39,887 nt of DNA from Chiloscyllium plagiosum (taxonomy: Eukaryota). Below are positions 12,430-22,094 of this stretch, piece by piece. Numbering within the stretch: position 1 is the stretch's first letter; every line of letters starts with the position of its first letter. Location of the stretch: contig NC_057719.1 of assembly GCF_004010195.1 (NCBI RefSeq), positions 1,891,210 to 1,931,096 on the forward strand. Reading direction: 5' to 3'. The translations under genes were made by a program, and so were the position numbers. The notes under the pieces were generated by a model. It worked only from the letters and a program-made list of their open reading frames with translations, did no database searches and was not told the origin of the DNA.

Positions 12430-13400
12430 CATCTTTTCCCACAGTGCTTTTCTTTAATGACCAGCTCTGTGACTTTACATGTCCCACCTTCTCACAGTGG
12501 GAACACCTTTTCCCAATGCCCTTCTGAAATTACAGTGTGTAATTTTCTGTGTCCCACTCCATTCCAGTGAAAATACCTGAGGCCTTTCACCTCCTTTCCA
12601 CTCTCTTGGGCTTCTTTTTTAACCTGTGGTAAATTCTCACCTGTGTTCTCTACTCTTTCTTTCATAGTGTAGGATCTCCCCTTCTCCCAACTTCTATCCC
12701 TCACAAGATGAAATTCTGGCTGGAATCTTGCCTTATGCACCAACATGTATTCATCAGCTAATTCTGATGCCCTTCGCACTTCCTGAACTTTCTGTTCCTC
12801 CATGTGAATTCTTACCATCTCTGGAAGTGAGTTTTTAAACTCCTCTAGCAGAATAATCTCTCTTAGAGCCTCATAAGCCCTATCTATTTTTAAAGCACGC
12901 ATCCATCTATCAAAATGACAATGTTTAATTCTTTCAAACTCAACATAAGTCTGACCTGGTTCCTTCTTTATGTTTCTGAACCGCTGTCTATATGCTTCTG
13001 GTACCAATTCATAAGCACCTAAAGTAGCCTGTTTAATCTCTTCGTAATCTCTTGACCCCTTGTCTGGGGTGGCAAGTACCTCATTGCTCTGTCTACCAGT
13101 TTAGTCTGAACTAGCATTACCCATAAATCCTCAGACCATTCCATCTGCCTAGCCAATTTTTCAGTGAAGTAAAGAGGGCTTCAACATCTTTCTCATAGAA
13201 ATGTGGCAGAGTTTTTACATTTTTGTACATACTACTACCATCTCTTTTAATCTCCATCCTGTTAACTTGACTTTGCTGACTAAGTCTCATCTTCTCAAGT
13301 TCAAAATCTCTCTCTTTTTGCTCAGCTAAGAACTTTCTGTCTGTTTCTTTTTCCCCTCTCTCTGTCTCTCTGTCTTCCTCTCTCCTCTCTTTTTCTGACG
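12430..13400 (-). pseudogene. Gag remnant (SCAN-like capsid region and degenerate CCHC knuckle), N-terminus deleted
   Basis: YELVPEAYRQRFR...ALREIILLEEFKNSLP. The knuckle reads YFHWNGVGH/VKSQSW (degenerate CX2CX4HX4C) once the 12488-12557 insert is removed. Confidence 0.85.
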
Positions 13401-14018
13401 CCAAACGTCACTATTTGAAGTAAAAATTAACAACTTTATTTTTTAAAGTCTAACAGCGAATAATTAACTAACAACTATTTACAACTGCTTTTCTAACCTA
13501 TCGTTTACTTTCCCGTCTGTAATACTGGTCAGATAAACCCCCCGATTAAGACTTACCAAAAAATTCAAATTTCCAAACCAGCTAGCTGTTGAATCTTCTC
13601 TTTGTATCTTCCTCATTCTTCTTTTCTTCTTAGGGATTCTGATTCACAGGTTGTTGATTGATAAAGGTACCTTTAAGAGAGCTATTCTGCGGGCAGTCTA
13701 TATATATTGGTGGCTTGGCAGTTCTCCCCCAAATGTTAAATTTATTTAATATTTATACTCCAAAGCATCGAATCGTTTCATTCATTTTAATATTGTCAAA
13801 ATATCAATTTCAAACTTGATTGGAGTTTAATATCTTGGGACATAATTTAAACTGATTGGCTGAATTTGAATTTGTTTTGTCTCATAGCAACCCAGATACT
13901 GCTAGCTGCTGGACCAAATGTTGCAATGTTAATATTCCAGTACTCTGTGTGCCTCTCTAAGTCCTTGCTAGCTTTCAACTCTCTTAAAGGTACAGTACCT
14001 CTCTACACCTTCATAACA
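13401..14018 (-). repeat. 5' LTR, truncated on its internal side
   Basis: Homologous to 6111-6713 and ends TCATAACA (TGTTATGA on minus). It lacks the equivalent of 6007-6110 and has no PBS. Confidence 0.9.
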
Positions 14019-14440
14019 CTAGGGATCCGGGAATGGAATTTGGGAATGATTGGGAATCTGGTTATGGACTATGGGATTTAATGAGGATCCAGGTACGGAT
14101 TGTGGGAGTGACCGGGGATCCGGGTACAGAGTCCAGGTGTTATTAGGGATCCAGGAACGGCCTGCGGGAGTAATTGGGGATCTGGTATGGATTCCAAGTG
14201 TTATTGGTGATCTGGGTACAAACTCTGGGAGTGATTGGCTATTTGTGTTATTGGGGATACGGTTATGGACTCTGGGAGTTAACTAGGATCCACGTACAGA
14301 CTTTGGGCGTTAATGGGGATCTAGGTATGGATTCCGGGACTTAACAGGGATCCGGGTATTGTCTGTGAGTGTTTATTAGGATCTGGGTCTGGATACCTGG
14401 AGTTAACCAAGACCCGGGTCTGGACTGTGGGCGGTAGTGA
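14019..14440. repeat. Degenerate continuation of the 1-6006 satellite
   Basis: For example GGTACGGATTGTGGGAGTGACCGGGGATCCGGGTAC (~14090-14128), in the same orientation and with ~32-bp periodicity. Confidence 0.85.
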
Positions 14441-14822
14441 TGATTCAGGTGCAAGATCCAGAGGTGGAGTACTGCGCCCTTCCAGCCATGGGATGTGCTG
14501 ATTTTATTGGCAGAATATCAATCAGGAATCAGAGTGTTTGTCTGAAGGGTTCTCCTCTGTTGCTCAAAGCATCAACTTATTGTGCTTCCATGCACTCTAT
14601 TCAGTTGGGATTATACACAATCCTTTGCAGTTCCTTTCACCAGACATGTTGAAAATTAAGGGTGCAGTGTTCAGACTTACTTGTGTTTGGAATATGAGTG
14701 TTGTCAGCAATGCAAGCACTTATAACCCCTCCTTAATTGCCCCTTTAGAAGGTGATGGTGAACTGCCTTGTTCAACCATTACAGTATAAACATACAAACG
14801 AGGGAAGGCCATTCGGCTTTTC

Positions 14823-15600
14823 GAGTTTGCACATTCTCCCTGTGTCGGTGTGCTTTTCCTCCGGGTGCTCCAGTTTCCTCCCACAGTCCAAAGATGTGCA
14901 GGTTAGGTGGATTAGAACATAGAACAGTACAGCACAGTACAGGTCCTTTGGCCCATGATGTTGTGCTGAGCATTTATCTTAACCTAAGATCAACCTAACC
15001 TATACATCCCTCAATTTATTGCCGTCCATGTGCTTGTCAAGTAGTCACTTAAATGTCCCTAATTTCTCTGACTCTACTCCCACTGCTGGCAGTGCATTCC
15101 ACGCACCCACCACTCTCTGTGTAAAGAACCTCCCTCTGACATCTCCCCAAAACCTTCCTCCAATCACCTTAAAATTATGCCCCTTCGTGACAGCCAATTC
15201 TGCACTTGGGAAAAGTCTCTGGCTATCTACTCTACTTGTGTGTCCCATTACCTTATACACCTCTATCATGTCACCTCTCATCCTTCTTCTCTCCAGTGTG
15301 AAAAGTCCCAGCTCTCTCAATCTCTTTTCATAAGACATGCCCTCCAGTCCAGGCAGCATCCTGGTAAATCTCCGCTGCACCCTCTCAAAAGCATCTACAC
15401 ACTTCCTATAATGGGGCGACTAGAACTGGACACAATATTCCAAGTGTCGTAGTGTCCAGGGATGTGCACACTGGGTGGGTTAGCCATGGTAAATGTTACA
15501 GGAATAGAGTGGGGAACTGGGTCTGGGTGGAATGCTGTTTGGAGGGTTGGTGTGGAGTCGATGGGCTGAATGGCCTCTTTCCACACTTTAGGGCTTCTAC
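14823..15600 (+). mobile_element. 5'-truncated HE1-type V-SINE (14823-14913 plus 15448-15600) split by a CR1
   Basis: V-domain GAGTTTGCACATTCTCCC...CCGGGTGCTCCAGTTTCCTCCCACAGTCCAAAGATGTGCAGGTTAGG. The tail resumes at GTAGTGTCCAGGGATGTG and matches the intact copy at 24937. Confidence 0.8.
14914..15447 (-). mobile_element. CR1 LINE 3' fragment (TTCTATG-tail subfamily)
   Basis: QRRFTRMLPGLEGMSYEKRLRELGLFTLERRRMRGDMIEVYK...FFTQRVVGAWNALP. Confidence 0.92.
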
Positions 15601-16309
15601 TGTATAACTTAGATCTAGATTCTCCGGAGTAGGTAGACCCTCGATGCCATTAGGAAGGGAATTCCAGGATTTTGTCCCAGCACTAATGGAGGAAAAGTGA
15701 TATATTTCCAAAACAGGATAGTGTGTAATTTGGAGGGGAGCTTGCATGTAGCAGTGTTCCCATGGAGTTGTCCTTGTTCTTGTATGTGGTAATGGCTGTG
15801 GGTTTGGAAGGAAGCTTGGTAACTTGCTGCAATACTGCCTCTATACAGCACACCCCAGTATCACTGTGGAAACAGTGAACATTGAAGGTGGTGTGTGGGC
15901 TATTAAACCAATTAAGTGGCTGGTTTGTCCTGGACAGTGTTGAGCTCCTTGAGCAATGTTAGTGCTAAGTAATCTCACTTGATAGCAGTGTTGACAGCCT
16001 CTTGTGTCACTTTGCTGACAGTAGACTGATCGAGTCATAAGTGGCTGGTTTAACTTTTTCCTACTTTCACAGGACGGGTCAATGTGCAAGTTTCCACATT
16101 GTCAAGTTGAAGCCAGTGTGTTGCCACTATACAGAATGTCCCAAAGTTGTAATGGGTTCAGGTTACATTCCCAGGTCCTGGCCTGTTTGCTCCTCTCGTT
16201 TGTGTGATTACACATGTGAGATGACCAATTTAAATGTGCTGCCATATGCAGTTAATTAATCACCTCGATCTTAAACTTTGTAGATGCACAATAGAATGTA
16301 GTTTTCTTT

Positions 16310-16700
16310 ATTCTTTCATGGATGTGGGCATTGCTGGTAACCCCAGTATTTGTTGCCCAACTCTAATTGCCCTTGAGCTGGATGGTTTGCTTGACCACTT
16401 CAGTAGGCTTTAAAAGCCAACCACATTGCTGTGGGTTTGGAGTCGCAGATAGGCCAGAATGGGTGTGTGGTTGGCAGATTGCCTTCTCTAAAGGTCACTA
16501 ATGAACTGGATTGTTTTTGTTTTACAGCAATTGATTGTTTCATTGTCACTATTACTGAGCCGAATTTTCAATTCCGGAGTTTATATGATTAATTGTAAAT
16601 TTTACCACCTGCTGTGGTGGGGTTTGAACCCACATCTTCAGTGTATTAACCTAAGCCTCTGGTTTAGTAGTTCAATTATGTTACCACTGCCTCACGGTAT
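16310..16700 (-). mobile_element. tRNA-derived SINE (second family)
   Basis: Minus-strand head GCAGTGGTAAC...GGTTCAAACCCCACC (A/B-box-like). A homologous copy lies at 36810-37125. Confidence 0.7.
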
Positions 16701-16793
16701 CTACCATTGGGCAAGATGTTGTTGTTGATAACTTTGAGCATGCAGTCTGGGTGGTGATGGGGTTTGGAGGGAGTTGATAATAAGACGCCACCC

Positions 16794-16928
16794 ATGAATA
16801 GGAAAGGTTTAGAGAGATATGGGCCAAATGCTTGCAAATGGAACTAGATTTATCTAGGATATCTGGTCAGCATGGATGAGTTGGACTGAAGGGTCTGCTT
16901 CCATGCTGTATATCTCAATGACTCTATG
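16794..16928 (+). mobile_element. CR1 3' end fragment
   Basis: Matches the 3' UTR and ACTCTATG tail of the other CR1 copies (26870-27005, 38730-38865). Confidence 0.85.
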
Positions 16929-17216
16929 GTTAATGTCAGTAATTCTGGCTACATTTTACACAAGCCATTTGCTTTGTCTCTTTCTCTTGGTCATGCTCTC
17001 CTTTTGTCTGACTCACAACTTAAACTGCACAATGAGACAAGCAACGGCTTCTGATGAGAGCATTGGCTTTCAGCCCTCCTCGCTCTGCTGGCTCCTTGTC
17101 ATTGTGAAGCTAACCCTGCAGGACCTTTCTCGCTGACTACAATACTGCGTCTCTCCCAGGAATGCAACCTCAGCCCTTGCTGAGCCTGGAGCAGGGAATC
17201 TTTCAGTTACTGATAT

Positions 17217-17545
17217 GGGGCAGCACGGTGGCTCAGTGGTTAGCACTGCTGCCTCGCAGCACCAAGGACCCGGGTTCGATTCCTGCCTCAGGCGACTGTC
17301 TGTGTGGGGTTTGCATATCCTCCCCGTATCTGTGTGGGTTGCCTCTGGGTGGTCCGGTTTCCTTCCACAATCCAAACCTGTGCAGGTTAGGTGAATTGGC
17401 CGTGCTAAATTGCCCGTTGTGTTAGGCGCATTGGTCAGAGGAAAATACAGGATAAGGGAATGGGTCAGGGTGAGCTACTCTTCGGAAGGTCGGTGTGGAC
17501 TTATTGAGCCATAGGGCCTGTTTCCATACTGTAGGGAATGTAAAC
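17217..17545 (+). mobile_element. HE1-type V-SINE
   Basis: tRNA-like head GGTGGCTCAGTGGTTAGC / GGTTCGATTCC, then the V-domain, then the CR1-like tail GGGCCTGTTTCCATACTGTA. Confidence 0.9.
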
Positions 17546-17641
17546 TGATACAGAGGGTCCCTGGATTGTGAACAGGTTCCATTCTGGAGGCCATATACAA
17601 GGTAGAAAACATTGCTGGGTGATGGAAACAGCTGTTCCTAA

Positions 17642-17733
17642 GTACAGGAAATGTCTACATGTCAGCTCTTTAAAATTCCCCATGTACAGGGAAATGTCTA
17701 CATGTCAGCTCTTTAAAATTCCCCATGTACAGG
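17642..17733. repeat. Tandem duplication, 42-43 bp x ~2.2
   Basis: GTACAGG(G)AAATGTCTACATGTCAGCTCTTTAAAATTCCCCAT occurs twice. Confidence 0.95.
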
Positions 17734-18000
17734 ATCGCATTAGTAAGTATGAGCCATCATAAGTTGGCTTTTGTAAATTGGGAACCCCTATACCTAGTTT
17801 TATCTCTGTCTCCCCTTTCACTCCAGTGTTTCTGAATGCCACTTGCCTCCTCTTTGACAGACACTGATTGACTGCCCTCTGTTACCACAGTATGTGTGGT
17901 GTTGCCCTGTTGCTATCTTCAGTTCCAACCGTGTGAGCCTGAGCACTGAGTATAATGAAGCTGTTTGACCCTGGCGAGGATACACTTTGTAAATACCGAA

Positions 18001-18130
18001 AGAACTGCAGATGCTATAAATCAGAAACAAAAACAGAAGTTGCTGGAAAACTCAGCAGGTCTGGCAGCATCCGCCAGTTCTGAGGAAGGGTCATCGGACC
18101 TGAAACGTTAATTCTGATTTCTGTTCTCTT
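18001..18130. mobile_element. Penelope-like terminal-repeat fragment, inverted arrangement
   Basis: Minus-strand GATGCTGCCAGACCTGCTGAGTTTTCCAGCA tail abuts a plus-strand hammerhead motif. Homologous to 25685-25785 and 36430-36660. Confidence 0.72.
18076..18113 (+). ncRNA. Minimal type I hammerhead ribozyme motif (Penelope-type)
   Basis: AGTT-CTGAGGA-A-GGGTC-ATCG-GACCT-GAAA-CGTT-AATT: core boxes, a 5-bp stem II, palindromic ACGT in place of stem III, and a 4-bp stem I. Confidence 0.68.
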
Positions 18131-18782
18131 CATGTGTGGTGAGGGTACATGGATTGTGAACAGGAGAGGAAGCGTTTGCTTCACCCTCCCCCCCCCCAGT
18201 TTTCCTACCCACTAACTGCTCAGTCAGTAGGCTACACACAGGAGGGTTCAAACTTTGGGTAATTCCCCCTTATTGGGTTAAACTCACATCACATCATTCA
18301 CTACTAAAGGGGGCAGAGAGAGAAAACATCTTGGCTAGGTTCCAGAGCCTCCTCATGCCTTTTCACCTGCTCTAACCCATCATTTCTGACTGCGTCCACT
18401 AACATCCAGCCCACAGCAGCATGTTAGTAACACCAGACCACAGCATTCACCTGAGCATTACCCTTTGACTCTGAGGGGGACCCACAGAACTGAATTGGGA
18501 GTTTACTCTGTCCAAAGCTTGGTGCTGATGGGAAGATGAGGAAATGGTTCTGTGTATGGCTTCACAGCTGAGGGGATGGCTTGTCTCTGTTGGGAAGGAC
18601 TGTAACTGAAATGAATACTGTCAGCCAACTGTGGAACGAGGACTGGCCCAGAACTCCTTGAGATTCGACAGAGCAATCCACGTCTGGTGTGGGGAAATAT
18701 TTGACAACTCAACAGTAGAGGGTGCTCTGAGAATGTGTTAGACAGAATACTTGGGACATTGTAAGTGTTACTGTAGACCTGT

Positions 18783-19990
18783 ACATAGGGCTTAGGAGCA
18801 GACAGCCCCTCAAGCCTGCACTGCCATTCAAAAAGATCATGGCTGATCGAGTTGTGGTATCTTCTCAAACTTCCCTCAGCCCCTGACTCCCTTGTCCATC
18901 AAAAGTCTGTCTGATTCAGCATTGATTATATTACTGATCCACCCTCCACTCTCTTCATAGCCCTCTGAGAGGAAACCTTTTCTCCTTGTCTGTCTTAAAA
19001 CACTGACTTCTCATTCTTAAACTGTGCTCTAGTCTCCCCAACCGGGGAAACTTCCTCTTAGTATCCACCCTGTCAAATCCCATTAAGATTTTGTACGATT
19101 CAGTGAGATTGCATTCTTCTCAACCTCAAGGAGCACAGCCCCATCCAGTCCAAACTCTCCTCAAAGGATAACCACCCCCCCAATCCCAGATTGAGTCAAG
19201 CTTACCTCCTGTGAACTGATTTGAATTAAATCCATTTAAAATGAAAGGAAGCCAAAACTGTAAAAGATATACCAGATGTGATTTAATTAGTGGGCAGCAC
19301 GGTGGCCCAGTGGTTAGCACTGCTGCCTCACAGCGCCAGAGACCTGGGTTCAATTCCCGCCTCAGGGTGACTCTCTGTGTGGAGTTTGCACATTCTCCCC
19401 GTGTCTGTGTGGGTTTCCTCCAGGTGCTCCGGTTTCCTCCCATAATCCAAAAATATGCAGGTTAGGTGAATTGGCCATGCTAAATTTCCTGTAGTGTTAG
19501 GTGAAGGGGTAAATGTAGGGGAATGGGTCTGGGTGGGTTGCACTTTGGTGGGTCGGTGTGGACTTGTTGGGCCAAAGGGCCTGTTTCCACACTGTAAGTA
19601 ATCTAAATATATCTAATTAAGGCCCTATACTGCTACAGCAAAATCTGAAGAATATCGTTGAACTGAAAACTCTGGTTCTCCCTCCACAGATGCTGCCAGA
19701 CCTGTGAGTTTGACCAGCAATTTCTGAAATGGTTACAGTAAAACCTTCTTTATGTTCTATCACCATCACCCCAAACGCCAACATTGCGTTTGCATTCCTA
19801 ATTACCTGCGGTGCATACGTACTAACTGATGGGATTCATGTACCAGGACACCCAGAGCCCTCTGTCGAACCTAGTTCCAGAATCTCACTCCATTAAAGAG
19901 CACATTGCTTGTCTGTTTTCCTGCCAAAGTGAAGATGTTTACATTTTTCCTCATTTTCCAACATTATACTCCTTTGGCAAACTTTTGTCT
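18783..19990 (-). mobile_element. Old degenerate CR1 3' portion, interrupted by an HE1 SINE and a Penelope-like tail (~19660-19730)
   Basis: Starts with a CR1-type 3' end (TAGGAGCAG...GCCATTCAAAAGATCATGGCTGATC), followed by degenerate ORF2-like sequence. Boundaries are approximate. Confidence 0.55.
19292..19610 (+). mobile_element. HE1-type V-SINE
   Basis: Same head, V-domain and tail as 17217 and 24937. Confidence 0.92.
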
Positions 19991-20019
19991 TCCCAGTTAC
20001 CCTATCTTACATCTCAGAC

Positions 20020-20905
20020 CATCAGATGGAGGAGCAGCAGTAGGCCATTCAGCCCATTGAGTCTGTTCCACCATTCAGTGAGATCATGGCTGTTCTGATC
20101 ACCTTCAACTTCACTTTCCTGCCTTTGCCCTGTAATCTTTGATCCCCTTACTGTTGTATTCTTGTAGAATCTCTATTTACTCTTCATAACATATTTACCT
20201 TGGTGTTATTGGTAAATGTAGCTGCCGTACAGAGAACAGTATAACACAGGAACAGACCCTTTGGCCCACCATGTCTGAGCATACCTTGATGTCATTCTAC
20301 ACTAATCCTATCTACCTGCACGTGGTCTGTATCCCTTTATTCTCTGTCTCTTCAGGGCTCTGTCTAAATGTCTTTTAAACTTGGTCAACATACCTGCGTC
20401 TAGCACCTCCAATGGCAGCACGTTCCAGGTCCTTACCTTTCCCTTTGTAAAAACAAAAACTTGCCTTGTACCTCTCCGTTAAACTACCCAATCCTCATCA
20501 AACATCTTCATTTAAAAACTCAAGCAAGACACCCTACACAAAGCCATGCTGACTATCTCTAATAAACCCATTTTTTTCCAAATGCGAATCAATCCTGTCC
20601 CTGAGAATTTTCTCCAATAATTTTCATGCCATTGATTTGGACTAGCCTATAATTTCCTGGACTATCCCTTTTGCCCTGCTTAAACAAAGGGACACCATTG
20701 TCTATTCTCCAATTTTCTGAGACCTTGCCTGTACCTAAAGAGGATACTAAGATCTCTGTCAAGATGCCTGCAATCTCCTCCGTTGCCTCCTTCAGTATCC
20801 GAGGATAGATCCCATCAAGCCCTGGGAAACTATTTACCTTAATGTTTCAAGACATCTAACACCCCCTCCTTCATAATATCGATGTGCCCCTGACTCGTCT
20901 TACCA
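20020..20905 (-). mobile_element. Cluster of degenerate CR1 fragments (3' ends at ~20020 and ~20232; RT piece ~20530-20900)
   Basis: GGCCATTCAGCCC and GACCCTTTGGCCCACC 3'-end motifs; CACAAAGCCATGCTGACT encodes SQHGFV on minus. Confidence 0.7.
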
Positions 20906-20912
20906 TCATCCA

Positions 20913-21835
20913 TGTAGATAAGCTGCAGAACTGGGCAGAAAGGTGGCAAATGGAGTTCAATGTAGCTAAGTGTGAGGTGATTCACTTTGGTAAGAGTAAC
21001 AAAAAGATGGGGTACTGGGCTAATGGTCGGATACTTGGTAGTGTGGATGAGCAGAGGGATCTTGGTGTCCCTGTACACAGATCTTTGAAAGTTGCCACCT
21101 AGGTAAATAGTGCGGTAAAGAAGGCATATGGCGTACTGGCTTTTATTGGTAGAGGAATTGAGTTCGGAGTACTGAGGTCATGTTGCAGTTGTATAAGTCT
21201 CTTGTGCGGCCGCATCTGGAGTATTGTGTACAGTTTTGGTCACCATACTATAGGAAGGATGTGGAGGCACTGGAACGGGTGCAGAGGAGGTTTACCAGGA
21301 TGTTGCCTGGTATGGTGCTGTTGGAGTATCCATTGTTTACGAAGACCTTGTGTACACAAAAATGAGGAAGAACACCTTACAAGGTCTTCATAAAGAAGAT
21401 ATACCCTAACAGCTTCGTCCGCCGATGCCTACCGAATAGACACTGCCAAGAGGACAATGTACATCCTAATAAACTGGTCACCCTGCCCTACATTAAGAAA
21501 ATAGCAGAAATGACAACCAGACCACTAGAAATCATAGTGGCACACCAACCCACAAGCATACTACGTCAACCCAAGGGGGCATAGCTTTAAATTAAGGGGT
21601 GGTAGGTTTAGGACAGATGTTAGGGGTAGGTTCTTTACTCAGTGAGTCGTGAGTTCATGGAATGCCCTGCAGTAGCAGTGGTGGACTCTCCCTCTTTATG
21701 GGCATTTAAGCGGGCATTGGATAGGCATATGGAGGATAGTGGGCTAGTGTAGGTTAGGTGGGCTTGGATCGGCGCAACATCGAGGGCCAAAGGGTCTGTA
21801 CTGCGCTGTATTCTTCTATGTTCTATGTTCTATGT
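20913..21835 (+). mobile_element. CR1 LINE 3' portion with an internal foreign patch (21316-21570)
   Basis: DKLQNWAERWQMEFNVAKCEVIHFG, LYKSLVRPHLEYCVQFWSP, and a (TTCTATG)3 tail at 21814-21834. Confidence 0.93.
21316..21570 (+). mobile_element. Penelope-like element internal fragment (RT to GIY-YIG linker)
   Basis: Allowing one frameshift it translates as EEEHL-KVFIKKIYPNSFVRRCL...VTLPYIKKIAEMTTRPLEIIVAHQPTSILRQ, resembling the PLE NGYP..FI and LPY..SE motifs. Confidence 0.72.
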
Positions 21836-22094
21836 CCATTCATTCAGTCCCTGCATGTCATTGATATAGATTGTAAACACTTGAGACTCCCCTACTGATT
21901 CCTTTAGTATTCCACTAGGGATAGTCCAGCAACCTGAAAAAGACCCATTTATACGTCAGCTGTAAGCTTCCTGGTTGCTCGCCAATCCTTAATCCATGCT
22001 AAAATATATGGTATACCATGTACACCATCTGCTCTTGTTTAGTAATCTTTGATATGACATGTTATTAAATGCTTTTGGCAATTCAAGTATATCA

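Larger units (their letters stand above)
6007..14018 (-). mobile_element. Decayed Gmr1-like Ty3/Gypsy LTR retrotransposon (gag-PR-INT-RT-RH order) with nested insertions
   Basis: Two homologous LTRs (6007-6713 and ~13401-14018), a polypurine tract, and gag, protease, integrase, RT and RNase H remnants, all on the minus strand with many stops and frameshifts. Confidence 0.93.
14690..16130 (-). mobile_element. Old L2/CR1-group LINE 3' portion (14690-14786 plus ~15620-16130), split by nested SINE/CR1
   Basis: Minus translation ...AGTKSWNSLPN is a C-terminal LINE motif. The 3' end sequence is shared with the SINE tails at 16310 and 36815. Boundaries are approximate. Confidence 0.6.

Noticed and set aside
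6007..14018. Ty1/Copia assignment based on INT-before-RT order, or an env-bearing retrovirus
   Set aside because: The RT, RNase H and GPY/F integrase motifs are Gypsy-type, and there is no room for env before the PPT.
6003..14022. Target-site duplication of the LTR retrotransposon
   Set aside because: The flanks TCGG and CTAG do not match, so no TSD is claimed.
17050..17075. CTGATGA followed by a GAGC/GCTT stem, resembling a hammerhead start
   Set aside because: The required GAAA box after stem II is absent.
17217..17290. tRNA gene-like sequences (also 19292, 24937 and ~25335)
   Set aside because: They are SINE heads. The first three continue directly into the V-domain, and no complete cloverleaf is evident.
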